Assembly (NCBI GenBank): GCA_945862285.1
Contig: CAMAYN010000001.1
Coordinates: 1 to 61,990, forward strand
DNA length: 61,990 nucleotides
Direction: 5' to 3'
DNA from: Akkermansia muciniphila
GTDB taxonomy: Bacteria; Verrucomicrobiota; Verrucomicrobiia; Verrucomicrobiales; Akkermansiaceae
Part shown: in pieces, positions 22,154 to 32,295 of the stretch
Position numbering within the stretch: the stretch's first letter is position 1
How the letters are laid out: every line of letters begins with the position of its first letter
The notes under the pieces: model-generated
The model's input: the letters and a program-made list of their open reading frames with translations, nothing else
Databases searched by the model: none
Told to the model about the DNA's origin: nothing
Made by a program: the position numbers and the translations under genes

Positions 22154-24772
22154 TTACTGCATCGGCAGCACACCTACTGGAGGAATTAAGTCAGTTGCCC
22201 CTACAGGAGTAATCGCCTCTGCGTCAACTGTAGGTGCAACGTTCGTATCTTTCAATACGGCACCCGTAGCATCGATGACTTGTGCGGTGACAAAAACAAT
22301 CAAGTTACTCTTGATCCGATTTTCCGCTTTGGTTTGGAAGAGTCGGCCAACGATGGGAATATCACCTAAAATCGGCACCTTATCTTCGACGTTTTGCACA
22401 TCTTCGCGCATCAAGCCGCCAACCGCTATGGTATGACCGTCATAGATCGAAAGAGTCGTATTGACGCGACGCACGGAGAAAACAGGCATTTCGATGCGGT
22501 TTTCCGTGACAACGACAGTTGTAGGGTTACCTAATGCGTCAGTCGAAGGCGACTGAATTGGGCTGCCGTAGTTAATGAAACCTTCGAACTCGACAATTTC
22601 AGGAGCAAATGTGAGTTCAATCACAGAGTTATTTGCCGACAAAGTTGGTTCGATCTCCATCGTGACGCCGGTGTTTCGAGTTTCAAATTCGACGGGTGTT
22701 GCAGGTGTTACAGTCGCCCCTTGACCACCGCCGCCACCGCCGCCCTGTCCGAATCCTCCGTTAAAGTTGCCTCCAACGTTCTGAGGGATCTGTGGGGGTT
22801 CGTAAGCAATTGGATAAATAAACTCGCGAATGATCTCAATCTTCGCTTTTTGACCAGACTTCGCCATGATGCTAGGCGCTGTCATAATGTCGGCACCTTT
22901 TTTCTGTGCTAATCCACGCATGATCATCTGCACTTGTCCATCAGTAAACAGACCTGTGAGGCTAAGGATACCAGGAGCGACGGAAGCATTTTGCGCGGTG
23001 CGAGTTGGATTGTTTAGAATAGCATCGATACTGTCGCGGGTAATCGCTGTAGAACCACTGCGATTTGAGCCTGTTACGATATTTGTTACATTCGTTCCAG
23101 TGGCGAGAGGAATACCGTCAATCGATTCGCCGCCTACAAAGTTCAAGAAGTCGGCGTTGGTGCGTCCTGGGCCGTTGCCGACTGTGCCGCCGCCGGGAAA
23201 TAGACCTCCGCCGATGGAGAAGGGCGCCACGATCCAATCAAAGCCAAGTTCATCACTGTTTTCTTGGCTAATCTCGACGAACTTCGTCAAGATTTTGATT
23301 TGTTTCGGTGCACCAAGCTCGAGGCTTCTTACAATCTCCTCGATCAACTCCATGTTGGTTGCTGTGTTGCGAACAATGAGTGTGCTATTTGCTGGATTGT
23401 AGGAAGCAGAAGCCTTTTCTGAAAAGGGAACTCCGCGGTTGATGAGCGCCTGTTGCGCTGTGGGCTTTGGTTTTAATGAGCTAGCTCCACCTGGGGCAGG
23501 TGTGGCAAATGGGTCTTCTGGTGCCGCGCCGCCACCTTCACCTTCACCACCTACTGCAGTAAGGAAATCAGGTGGAACAGTAAAGACACGATAAATAATT
23601 TCTTCGGTATCATCGCTGATCGGGACGATGCTTACCGCGTATTCGCCGACACGATATTTCATTCTTGCCGCTTCGCAGATTTGGCGAAGTGCTTCGGAAA
23701 CAGGGACGTTAGTTAGAAACAATTTGGGAATGCGAATCTGAGACGCATCGGTAGTAGTCGTAGTGGTATCGAGTGGTGCTGCTTCTAGTCCGCCGTCTGC
23801 GGCAGGAGCGGCAGCACCTGATGAGCGTGGACGTGGGATGACAAAGTTGATTCCTTTCGTCGTGTCGCTAGTAGCGAAGGTATCCAATTCTTTGCAACGC
23901 ATCCGCAGGAAATCAATGGCCTCGGAAAGAGTCGTGTCTTCTAGATTGACTGTTGGAAGAATGATACTGTTGAGTTTTTTGATGATTTGCGAAGATCCGC
24001 CGTCATTTCGATCCACACTTCCTGTATTGCTTGGTCCTTGAGGGAGTCCCATGGGGACTGCTAATTCCCATGCTTTATCGACTTGGGAAAGCAACTCGGC
24101 GCGGGCGTGGTCATACGCGGATCTGTAATACGCTGTTTTTGCAGCGGCGACTCTTTCCATCCAACGACGGGCGGCTGAGTTGTAGGGATCAATTAATAAA
24201 ATTTTCTCAAACTCTTTCTTGGCCTCATCAAATTTACCAAGATTGTAATATCCTTCACCATTGTATAGTGTGCGGCGAACTTTATCAACATCTTGGGTGT
24301 GCTTGAATGTGAGCACAGGATTGTGCTGAATCGGATCTTCTAAGATGCTAAGCTCTTTTTTCGCCAAGCCATTTTCTGGGTCAACTCCGGGGGCTAGCAC
24401 ACCCTCAATCAATGCACGGGCTTCGGCACTTTTACCCACCTTGCGAAACTGTCCGGCGAGAGCAACGGCGGCATTGGCGTAGTCAGCCGTCATAGCCGCG
24501 CGACGATCTGCAAGAATCGGTGCGTTGGGAAGAAGACTGATTGCTGCTCTGAGTTTGTCATGCGCTTCTTGATAATTTTCTTGTTGATACGCAACGCGTG
24601 CATCTGCTTGCAACTTATCAGCTTCTTTCACTGCGGCAATGCGGCGAGCGATTTCGCGTGAGGCAGTGCTGCCCGATTCTTGCTGGGCGTGAAGAGCTAC
24701 TGGCATGATGGAGGCTGTTGCGAGGAGCATCGCCAAGGTTTTCTTAATCGATATCGATGGTGTTTTTTGCAT
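22154..24772 (-). CDS. pilQ: Type IV pilus / T2SS-family outer-membrane secretin with N-terminal TPR-like region
   Basis: Signal peptide. C-terminal secretin domain (VPILGDIPIVGRLFQTKAENRIKSNLIVFVTAQVI). Last gene of the pilM-containing operon. It corresponds positionally to Amuc_1098 of Akkermansia muciniphila. Confidence 0.85.
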   Translation of the reverse strand: MQKTPSISIKKTLAMLLATASIMPVALHAQQESGSTASREIARRIAAVKEADKLQADARVAYQQENYQEAHDKLRAAISLLPNAPILADRRAAMTADYANAAVALAGQFRKVGKSAEARALIEGVLAPGVDPENGLAKKELSILEDPIQHNPVLTFKHTQDVDKVRRTLYNGEGYYNLGKFDEAKKEFEKILLIDPYNSAARRWMERVAAAKTAYYRSAYDHARAELLSQVDKAWELAVPMGLPQGPSNTGSVDRNDGGSSQIIKKLNSIILPTVNLEDTTLSEAIDFLRMRCKELDTFATSDTTKGINFVIPRPRSSGAAAPAADGGLEAAPLDTTTTTTDASQIRIPKLFLTNVPVSEALRQICEAARMKYRVGEYAVSIVPISDDTEEIIYRVFTVPPDFLTAVGGEGEGGGAAPEDPFATPAPGGASSLKPKPTAQQALINRGVPFSEKASASYNPANSTLIVRNTATNMELIEEIVRSLELGAPKQIKILTKFVEISQENSDELGFDWIVAPFSIGGGLFPGGGTVGNGPGRTNADFLNFVGGESIDGIPLATGTNVTNIVTGSNRSGSTAITRDSIDAILNNPTRTAQNASVAPGILSLTGLFTDGQVQMIMRGLAQKKGADIMTAPSIMAKSGQKAKIEIIREFIYPIAYEPPQIPQNVGGNFNGGFGQGGGGGGGQGATVTPATPVEFETRNTGVTMEIEPTLSANNSVIELTFAPEIVEFEGFINYGSPIQSPSTDALGNPTTVVVTENRIEMPVFSVRRVNTTLSIYDGHTIAVGGLMREDVQNVEDKVPILGDIPIVGRLFQTKAENRIKSNLIVFVTAQVIDATGAVLKDTNVAPTVDAEAITPVGATDLIPPVGVLPMQ

Positions 24773-24840
24773 GTGCGTCGAGGTGTTTATGTCGTGTTAG
24801 AGTGGGATTGAAAAGAGGAAATTTCGAAAATGTTTACGAA

Positions 24841-25968
24841 TTATGGATTTAGCGGAATGATTCGTGTCATGACTTCACCTTTCTTCGATTTGTATTCGAT
24901 GGTGATTTGGTCTTTTTTGACTTCTTTTAATAAGTAATTTTTTTCCTTGGCATCACTGGGAAGGGCAAATGTTGTATTTTCTTCCACGGTAAATGTTTTC
25001 CCTGTTTCACCTGCGGCATTGAGATTCAAGACGGCACTGCGATCATAGCGCACGGTTTTTGCACGGTCTTGTGGGTTGCGTGGGATCTCAAACAGATCCA
25101 TTTTATTGGCTTTGGTGTCTTGAATTGTGGCGAATTCGACATCTACATTGGCATTGAGTTGTGGATTGAAAACTTGCTTGTTTTGTACTTTCTTCAGCAC
25201 GAAACGATTTTTCTGAAATGTCTTCGCCGCAGCTTGCCATTTTTTATCAGGAACATTTTCAAAAATATTACTATCTGGCGCGACGGGTTCTTCTGTGCGA
25301 GCGTAAGCAATTTGCGCATCTCTCAAAAAGTTTGCTTGTTTCACTGGAGCGGCATTTTCAAACGCCGCTGGGAGTTCGGCAATTTTGAACTCATATTGGT
25401 TCGGCCCCAGTGCCATGGTAAACCAGAGGAAATAGGGCGTGGATGAGTATTTTACGAATTCAAGCTTATCGGCTAGTTCTGGATAGCTGGCTACATCATT
25501 CGGATTCGTTGCGGCCTTGTATTCGTCGAGATTCGAAAAACCATCTTTGTCAGGGTCACGGGATGGGCCATCCGAGAGAAACATGTCATCCTTGAGTTGA
25601 TTTTCTAGCCACCATGTATTGGGGATGTCGGCATGGATCGGTGGATCGATCATCGGATCGACAGATTTGGGTGAGTCTTGTCCCGACTCTGGCTTGCGAG
25701 ATAGCAGAGAAACTCCAACGAAGAGATCGACGGGGCGTTTTTTCTCACCAACAAGGGCGGTAGGGGAAGAAAGCGGGGTATCGAGCATACTGATCGTACT
25801 AGCGAGATCGGCGGCACCTACGATGGACGCGTCATTTTTATTCGTAGGGTTCGATGAAAAGCTGAAGTCTTCTTCGACGGCTGTAATCTTCGAATAGCCG
25901 AGGAAAGCAACGCCGAGAGCGATGACGGAGGCGACGCCAAGAATGATTTTTTCCGAGTTTTTTTTCAT
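24841..25968 (-). CDS. Membrane-anchored periplasmic protein of the pilus operon (positional equivalent of Amuc_1099)
   Basis: N-terminal TM anchor (KIILGVASVIALGVAFLGY). One Asp-rich DPDKDGFSNLDEYKAATNPND motif. No other domain recognised. Confidence 0.6.
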   Translation of the reverse strand: MKKNSEKIILGVASVIALGVAFLGYSKITAVEEDFSFSSNPTNKNDASIVGAADLASTISMLDTPLSSPTALVGEKKRPVDLFVGVSLLSRKPESGQDSPKSVDPMIDPPIHADIPNTWWLENQLKDDMFLSDGPSRDPDKDGFSNLDEYKAATNPNDVASYPELADKLEFVKYSSTPYFLWFTMALGPNQYEFKIAELPAAFENAAPVKQANFLRDAQIAYARTEEPVAPDSNIFENVPDKKWQAAAKTFQKNRFVLKKVQNKQVFNPQLNANVDVEFATIQDTKANKMDLFEIPRNPQDRAKTVRYDRSAVLNLNAAGETGKTFTVEENTTFALPSDAKEKNYLLKEVKKDQITIEYKSKKGEVMTRIIPLNP

Positions 25969-25998
25969 TTTAAATAAGAATGGGGATAAAAATGATGA

Positions 25999-26970
25999 TT
26001 AAGGTTTTTTATTGGTTTTTGCCGCAGGTGCAGGATGGAAGCGAACGATGTCGATGCGCATGAAGACTTGAATTTTTTCTCCTCCGAGTACTTCTTTGAG
26101 AATGATTTCTGAAGTCATGGTTTTGGCTGGTTCTGTCTTGGCCTTTTCACCTTCAGCAGGTTCGCCAGGAAGGACGAATTCGCCAAAGGGAGAAGCAGCG
26201 GGTGCATCTTTATTGCCAGCTTCATCAGTCGCTGCGGTCTCGAAGCGAGCTTCAGAGGCGAGGGGAGGGGTTTGCTTTTCATTGGTGACGCGCATGGAGC
26301 GAATCATATAAAAGTGAGTCTTGGAGTTTTGCGTGGCATCCAACAAGGAGCGGAGGGTTTTTTCTGATCCCGTAAAAGATAATTCTATGGGCAAGGCGCG
26401 ATAGATGGAGTCTTTTGCAGGTGTTTCCTCTTTGCCAGTCTCTTCAGCGAGTGGTTCGCGGTAGAGAGCCATGATGGAGGCAGGTTTGGCGGCGGCGAGA
26501 GCGCGCGTCAATTCGCTGATGGCATCGAGTTGGTAGGAAAGTATGCCTGTCGCTCCTTGTTTGGCAGGGGTGTCAGCGTATTTTTCAAAGCCGAGGAAAA
26601 AGCCATCGGGCAGCGCGGCACCTTTCAGTGCTTCTTTTACTTCGGCGACTTCTTTGACAAGTTTGTCAGTGAAAGCTTGAGCATCGGTATTCGTTACTGG
26701 CTCGGAGCCGTATTTACGGAGTTCTGTGATCAGCTTATTTGACTCGGTATCGAAGTTTTTAATATTTTTTTCCTTACTGGCGATGTTATCTGGAGTAGGA
26801 GAAAGTTGAAGGTTGTTGTATTTATTGATTTCAGTGGAGACCTCTTCATAGGAGGCCTTCGCTTCGTCGTAGCGAGTGCTGGCAGAGCCGGCCCAGAAGT
26901 AAAGACCTGTGGAGCAAGCGGCAGTGATGACGGAGAGGATGATGACGAATTTTTTTTCCTGTGGATTCAT
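25999..26970 (-). CDS. Amuc_1100-like pilus-associated protein (323 aa)
   Basis: N-terminal TM anchor. The blocks PIELSFTGSEKTLRSLLDA...FYMIRSMRVTNEK and GEKIQVFMRIDIVRFHP align by eye with A. muciniphila Amuc_1100 (PLEIAFQGDRESVLKAMNA...FTVNSIRIRNER; KEQVFVKVSLNLVHFNQP, recalled from memory). It has the same position between the pilM-like and secretin genes. Confidence 0.75.
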   Translation of the reverse strand: MNPQEKKFVIILSVITAACSTGLYFWAGSASTRYDEAKASYEEVSTEINKYNNLQLSPTPDNIASKEKNIKNFDTESNKLITELRKYGSEPVTNTDAQAFTDKLVKEVAEVKEALKGAALPDGFFLGFEKYADTPAKQGATGILSYQLDAISELTRALAAAKPASIMALYREPLAEETGKEETPAKDSIYRALPIELSFTGSEKTLRSLLDATQNSKTHFYMIRSMRVTNEKQTPPLASEARFETAATDEAGNKDAPAASPFGEFVLPGEPAEGEKAKTEPAKTMTSEIILKEVLGGEKIQVFMRIDIVRFHPAPAAKTNKKP

Positions 26971-27003
26971 AATGCGAGAAAGATGCGGTAGAGTCGGAGT
27001 GAA

Positions 27004-28863
27004 TTACTTAGCGGGGACTTCACGAGTGATGGGAAGTACGATTTCGAAAGGCCAAGCGTATTTCTCTTTTTCATCTTCGGCACTTTGTAATTTGATGAGG
27101 ATATTTTCTTTGGGGAATTCAGCGACAGATTTATCGGGATTGAGTCCAGAGAATTTGAAAATCGTGGATGTTGAGCCTTGCAGGGAGGCCAGCAACTTGT
27201 TGACGACGTTCTGTTTATCTGGATTATCCCGCCACATTCCTTTGATGCGAATGGCATTAAAGGTGGAGCTGTCGGTAGTGTTCGTATTCGCTTTGGAAGG
27301 CGCGGACGTAGCGGTAGCTACCTTGGCGATGATCGAGGAAGTCGTGGAATTGGCACCAAAATCATCCTTCACCACTGATTCACCATTGACGTCGGGTTGG
27401 CCTGCTTCAACTTTCTTTTTCAATGGGTCATAGCCCCTGACAGGAGCCATGTCCACACTCCAAACATACTGGCTGGAGAAGTGAGTGGTGATTTCGTTGA
27501 GAGCGGCGACCCAAAATGTTTGATTCAACTTAGCTGTGATGTAGGCTTGTGCGGTCGCCTTGAGTTGTGACTCTTTGCGGAGCAAGTTCTCCATCGGCAC
27601 ACCCGTTTGGGCGAGTGTTTCTTTTTCTTGCTTCAGGGCGGCGAGTCGCTCTTCGGCATCGGAAGCCGCTTTGCTCTTCAGTAAACCAAATGCTGCCATG
27701 CCGACGACGATGGCCGCGGCGGAAGCGATAAAGAAGGGCTTACGTTTGTCCGCACTGCGCAAGGCCTCGACGCTGGCTGGTACGAGATCGATATTAATCG
27801 AAGATTTTCCTGTGGTGCGTAAACCGAGACCGATGAGTTCGCCCATTAGGTGAGCCTCGCGTGAAAGAAGTTCGGCATCGACATTTTTTCCAACGCTGAT
27901 GCTGCGGAGTGGATTAAAGTATTCTACGGGTATGCCGAGCTTTTCTTCGAGGAATTCCTTGGCATAAGGCAAGGTAGCACCGCCGCCTGCGAGAACGATA
28001 CGGCGTGGTGCATTACCACTATGATTGCTGCGATAGTGGTTCGTGGTGCGTGCGATTTCCGTTGGGAGTCGCGTCATGGCATTTCTGATGACCGTGCCAA
28101 GGGCGGCGACGGCTTCATCGAGATGGGATGTATGACCACCGCCAAGAGTCACGATGCCGTTGGAAGTTTTTTGGCTTTCTGCTTCTGCGAAGCTGATTCC
28201 ATATTCTTTTGCTATGGCTGTGGTAATGGATGCGCCCCCTACGGAAATGCTGCGGGTGAAGAAACGTGCACCCTCAATGTAAAGGAGGTTGCTTGTTTTA
28301 GCTCCGACATCAATCAGTAGCACGGGTTCTTGCACATCCGCATAAGCACTGCGGAAGGCGTTGTAGAGAGCCATTGGAGCGACATCGATTTCCGAAGTCA
28401 AGAATCCATGTCCGAGAATGCAGCTATTGATTTCATCGAGTGCGTCAGACTTAATGGCGACGAGCGCGACTTCTTTTTCTCCGGGAGCACCGGGGAGTAA
28501 TTCGTAATCCCAAACGACGGTGTCTAAGGGGAATGGGAATTGCTGTTGTGCCTCAAAGGTGACGAGTTGATCAATGTTGTCGCTATCGATGGCAGGAAGC
28601 TTCACGAATCGGGTTAGAACGGATTGACCGGCTACCGCGTAGCGAATCCTTGTGCCTTTGGCGATTTTTAGCCGTTGTGCCAATTCTTGGATGGCGAGCC
28701 GTGTTTGTGGCATGCGGATCACTTCGGCAGCAGGATCTGCGAGAATTGAGGTGGATTCGTAGGCCTTGAGCACTAATCCTCCAGATTTGGAGGTTTCAAA
28801 GACAGCCATGCTAATGCGCTGCGACCCAATGTTAAGAACTACGGAGCTTGGAGTTTCTGCCAT
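27004..28863 (-). CDS. pilM: PilM (actin-like ATPase) fused to a PilN-like TM/coiled-coil region and a C-terminal periplasmic domain
   Basis: FtsA/PilM-type motifs (VLNIGSQRISMAVFE, LLIDVGAKTSNLLYIEG, IVLAGGGATLP). These are followed by a TM helix (FFIASAAAIVVGMAAFGLL) and a coiled coil. Equivalent to Amuc_1101. Confidence 0.8.
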   Translation of the reverse strand: MAETPSSVVLNIGSQRISMAVFETSKSGGLVLKAYESTSILADPAAEVIRMPQTRLAIQELAQRLKIAKGTRIRYAVAGQSVLTRFVKLPAIDSDNIDQLVTFEAQQQFPFPLDTVVWDYELLPGAPGEKEVALVAIKSDALDEINSCILGHGFLTSEIDVAPMALYNAFRSAYADVQEPVLLIDVGAKTSNLLYIEGARFFTRSISVGGASITTAIAKEYGISFAEAESQKTSNGIVTLGGGHTSHLDEAVAALGTVIRNAMTRLPTEIARTTNHYRSNHSGNAPRRIVLAGGGATLPYAKEFLEEKLGIPVEYFNPLRSISVGKNVDAELLSREAHLMGELIGLGLRTTGKSSINIDLVPASVEALRSADKRKPFFIASAAAIVVGMAAFGLLKSKAASDAEERLAALKQEKETLAQTGVPMENLLRKESQLKATAQAYITAKLNQTFWVAALNEITTHFSSQYVWSVDMAPVRGYDPLKKKVEAGQPDVNGESVVKDDFGANSTTSSIIAKVATATSAPSKANTNTTDSSTFNAIRIKGMWRDNPDKQNVVNKLLASLQGSTSTIFKFSGLNPDKSVAEFPKENILIKLQSAEDEKEKYAWPFEIVLPITREVPAK

Positions 28864-28918
28864 ATTTGTTAGATTTTTTTGAAGAAAAAATGGTATGAGG
28901 AAATGTGGTGTGACCTAA

Positions 28919-29533
28919 TTATCGATTATCTGGTTTAATTTCCGCATAGCGGTCATACCAGAAAATGGAGAAGGGTGTATCATTTTTCGAAAGCAACGGA
29001 ATGGAGCTATCCTCGCTAATTTTGTCGCTCTTCATAGTCCACCATTTATCTTTACCTTTATTGGTATTGGTCTTTTTCTCTTCACCATCGACGAAAACTT
29101 CGTATCCGACGAATTCGACGGCATTTTTACCACCACGTGGTGATCCAGTTAGGAGGCGAATGGAGTTAGGACTTAGATAGATAGAGGAATAGATATCCTC
29201 ATTGAGAGGTACGTTGATGTGGGTGATGCTTTTGGTAAGAAGTAAAAATGTTCCAGGCTTTTCTGGGTTTTTAACCGCAACATACCACTTTACAATCACC
29301 TCCTTGGCCGTTTTTGATTTTGGTTCTGGGCTGAGTTGGACTTTGATCTTTGCTTCTACCTCTAACCAATCGTTTGGCGTAAAGCGTTTGCTGTTAGGAA
29401 GCTGGATGTTAGGCGATTGCAAATCGTCAAAAGTAGGCTTGTCGCCATCAACTTTCGACGCTGCGGAAGCAATTGGGCTCGATAACAAAAAGGCTGTAGA
29501 GAATAATACGAATAAGTTAGAATTCATTTTCAT
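28919..29533 (-). CDS. Secreted protein, first gene of the pilus operon (positional equivalent of Amuc_1102)
   Basis: Signal peptide MKMNSNLFVLFSTAFLLSSPIASA. 204 aa. No recognisable domain; the call rests on position only. Confidence 0.55.
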   Translation of the reverse strand: MKMNSNLFVLFSTAFLLSSPIASAASKVDGDKPTFDDLQSPNIQLPNSKRFTPNDWLEVEAKIKVQLSPEPKSKTAKEVIVKWYVAVKNPEKPGTFLLLTKSITHINVPLNEDIYSSIYLSPNSIRLLTGSPRGGKNAVEFVGYEVFVDGEEKKTNTNKGKDKWWTMKSDKISEDSSIPLLSKNDTPFSIFWYDRYAEIKPDNR

Positions 29534-29670
29534 GGGTTGTGCGTAACGACTCGTTACCTACTAACCAAATTGGGCTGGGATGACCAGAGAAAAACTGGTG
29601 TAAGAACATTTTTTTTCCAAACGTAAATACATGGCTTGGTTCCGAGGGTAAGTCGCTGATCATCGTTGAC

Positions 29671-30435
29671 TTGCTGGTGGAAATGGTAAATCTAGCCGCG
29701 ATGCATTGTAATTCCTCAGATTTTCTAACAAATGCGCCATTGTTTGTCGGCAGCCTTGGCGGTGATTTTTCATCAATCAATGATCATTCTGAGGTCTTCA
29801 ATCGATGTGATTTGGTGGAGATTCGCTGGGATCTGATCGATGATGTCGCATCCGAAGAGCAAAAAGCAGTTGATTTTCTGCTGAATCAAACGCGTCCCCT
29901 CTTGCATACGGCGCGTGTGCCGGCTGAAGGTGGAAAAAGAATGATGCCTATTGCTGGCATAAAAACCGTGGCGGCCAAGATCAGGCCGGGGGATTTATGG
30001 GACGTGGAGTTAGCAACATGGCTCAATGAAGAAGAACGGCGCGAGGCATTTTTGCAAGGTTGGGGTGAGATTGCGCCCATTCTCGTTTTATCATTCCACA
30101 ACTTCTCGGTAACTCCTTCGCTCGATGAATTGAAAAAACGAAGAGATCAAGCTCGTTACGCGAAAGCACACATTTTCAAAGTGGCGACATATTTGGAAAC
30201 AGAAACAGACGTGGAGCGACTATTGGCACTTCAGAATGAAGACGCGGGAATTGCCGTTGCCACTATGGGGATGGGCCAGTTTGGGGCAGATTCGCGGATT
30301 CGTTGTGCTGATGCAGGATCTGTTTTAAATTATGGTTACCTAGGTTCACAACCCACCGCGCCGGGACAATGGGAGGTAGGGAAATTACGGGATACCTTCC
30401 TAGAGTTGAAAAAAGGAGAGTCGCGCGTCGATTGA
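29671..30435 (+). CDS. aroD: Type I 3-dehydroquinate dehydratase (AroD-like)
   Basis: DLVEIRWDL, LSFHNFSVTPS (His region) and AHIFKVATY (Schiff-base Lys context) match the type I DHQase layout. The start is uncertain; several Met lie in the first 12 codons. Confidence 0.7.
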   Translation: MLVEMVNLAAMHCNSSDFLTNAPLFVGSLGGDFSSINDHSEVFNRCDLVEIRWDLIDDVASEEQKAVDFLLNQTRPLLHTARVPAEGGKRMMPIAGIKTVAAKIRPGDLWDVELATWLNEEERREAFLQGWGEIAPILVLSFHNFSVTPSLDELKKRRDQARYAKAHIFKVATYLETETDVERLLALQNEDAGIAVATMGMGQFGADSRIRCADAGSVLNYGYLGSQPTAPGQWEVGKLRDTFLELKKGESRVD

Positions 30436-30516
30436 TTCACTTCAGTCAAATCCCGAGTTGCGCAGCGAGAATCGATAATAGATTTGCAAGATTTCGTAAG
30501 AAGAAAGAGCAGGCGT

Positions 30517-31620
30517 TTAAGGATTTCGAATAACTTTCAAGCGAGTAAATTTTGCATTACCGCTGGTAGCGGGAGCAACATCTACCTGCACGCAGTCCCA
30601 TTCTGCAGTGGATGAAATGATTTGTGCTGTTCCCATTTCTGGCAGCCACGTGTTTTCTGCCAGCGTTGTAGAGGACTCGACAACATAAGTTACATCGATC
30701 GGCTCATTCGGCACGCTCGGCTTGCGCCGGAAATAGCGAAATTTCCACGTGTTACCAGCGGTTGGTGGCAATATCAGTTGTGGTGCCATCGCCTGGCCGT
30801 CAGAACTACGCAGCGATGAAGAAATCAGTGGCTCACCACCTAGGGCGTATTCGAGTAATTGATTCCATCCATCGCCATCGGGATCACAGGAGTCGGATGT
30901 GGTATTGGCATCGAGAAGTTCCACCATACTAAAACGCGTAGCTGTCCAACGCGCGTAGTCGCCGATTGCAAAAGCAATGGGTTGTGGCGAGCTCACGGGC
31001 GAAGTAGCACCACCGCTGAACGTGCCTTGAACGGTGAGATTTACGATCCATAAGCCTTTTTTGGTAAACGCCCAATTCATGTGCTCATGGTTGTCAGGTT
31101 TAGGATAGAGGTCGGTAGAATTGATGCCATTGTCGGTGCGGAAATAGGGGATGGGATTGGAGTTGGAAAAGTACAATGCTACCATGCCGCCTGCTGGACC
31201 AATCACGCTGTGTAATCGATAGTTCAATGGATTTCCTGCCATGTTGCTTGGAGTAGCAGCAAAGCCTGGCGTAAAAAATGCGGTGCCATTGAAACGCCAA
31301 AAAGTGCTTCCAGAAGGAATACCTAGAAAGTCCCACTGCGTACCAATCGGACGCGTGACAATCGTGCCGCCGCCCCCAGTGATATTAGAACCTGCGAAGA
31401 AGATTGAGCTAAGTGGTACGCTGGTAGATGCCACTGCTGTCCACGTCCAAGTAGTGGATGTGGTATTGTATGCCGGTGTGATTTCCCAATGGTTATTGCC
31501 TGGCGGATTCAATGCATGTGCATATCCTGCGAACAGACTGAAAAACGCAAGACTATGGCCTAACCACTCCCGGAATTTCACCCAAGTTATTTCCTTGTTC
31601 GATTTGTTGCTTAAATTCAT
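30517..31620 (-). CDS. Secreted protein with a TIGR03769-like (choice-of-anchor M / anchored-repeat) domain and a C-terminal beta-rich tail
   Basis: HEHMNWAFTKKGLWIVNLTVQG resembles the TIGR03769 core. The motif CDPDGDGWNQLLEYALGG precedes the tail ...AKFTRLKVIRNP. A GTG at 31581 would give a cleaner signal peptide (KFREWLGHSLAFFSLFAGYAHA). Either start overlaps the upstream pseudopilin gene. Confidence 0.6.
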   Translation of the reverse strand: MNLSNKSNKEITWVKFREWLGHSLAFFSLFAGYAHALNPPGNNHWEITPAYNTTSTTWTWTAVASTSVPLSSIFFAGSNITGGGGTIVTRPIGTQWDFLGIPSGSTFWRFNGTAFFTPGFAATPSNMAGNPLNYRLHSVIGPAGGMVALYFSNSNPIPYFRTDNGINSTDLYPKPDNHEHMNWAFTKKGLWIVNLTVQGTFSGGATSPVSSPQPIAFAIGDYARWTATRFSMVELLDANTTSDSCDPDGDGWNQLLEYALGGEPLISSSLRSSDGQAMAPQLILPPTAGNTWKFRYFRRKPSVPNEPIDVTYVVESSTTLAENTWLPEMGTAQIISSTAEWDCVQVDVAPATSGNAKFTRLKVIRNP

Positions 31621-32269
31621 TTCCAGTAATATTTTCTACATGGCCATCTGCGTAGAGATAGTTCGCACAGCCTTTGGTGTTATCGTTAGAGCCTTGGCGT
31701 TTGTGGATGTCTGGTGCAATATCGCGAGTGACACTAGCCCATGAACTCCACATTTCACTGTGGGTATGATCTTCGCCGCGAAATGGGCTGCGACTATCAC
31801 TGACGGGAAAAACAAGAATCGTCTTGGAAGGTTCTGGGAGGCGGTCAGGGCGATTGTAGTTCACCTGTGGTTCATCAGCCATGGCATCAATTTCAGCGGC
31901 AAACACCAAATTATTCAGAATATAGCTCGAGGCGCGATTTCTCTCGCGGTCTTTGGCCTTGAGATCCGCAGGGCAGATAAAAACATCGGTATTTTCGCCA
32001 AGATATTCCTCCAGTTGCGTAATCCACGCTTGTTCCGCAGGCTTTGTATGAGTTGTGTCTGGGTAGAATCCTTGGTTGTCATTGGCAAATTGTTGCATGG
32101 CGATGCCAATATTGCGCAAGTTCGAGGCGCAAGTTGCCATTCTGGACATGGCAATGCCTTTTTTCACAGCAAAAAAAACAAGTGAACTCAAGGCAAGAAT
32201 GATGCCTATTACGACGAGCAACTCGACGAGCGTGAAGCCATTTCTCTTTTGTTGTAAAGGGGATTTCAT
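31553..32269 (-). CDS. Type II secretion pseudopilin-like protein with DUF1559 (H-X9-DG) domain
   Basis: Prepilin cleavage/methylation motif RNGFTLVELLVVIGIILAL after ATG 32269. C-terminal ANYLYADGHVENI fits the H-X9-DG signature of the PVC-superphylum family. Confidence 0.85.
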   Translation of the reverse strand: MKSPLQQKRNGFTLVELLVVIGIILALSSLVFFAVKKGIAMSRMATCASNLRNIGIAMQQFANDNQGFYPDTTHTKPAEQAWITQLEEYLGENTDVFICPADLKAKDRERNRASSYILNNLVFAAEIDAMADEPQVNYNRPDRLPEPSKTILVFPVSDSRSPFRGEDHTHSEMWSSWASVTRDIAPDIHKRQGSNDNTKGCANYLYADGHVENITGNEFKQQIEQGNNLGEIPGVVRP

Positions 32270-32295
32270 TTTATAGGCAGAACATGAATGTCGTC

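Noticed and set aside
25958-25965. A8 run at codons 2-4 of the 375-aa pilus-operon gene as a phase-variation tract
   Set aside because: It encodes the Lys-Lys-Asn n-region of a membrane anchor, which is common. The run is short and there is no evidence of length heterogeneity from a single sequence.
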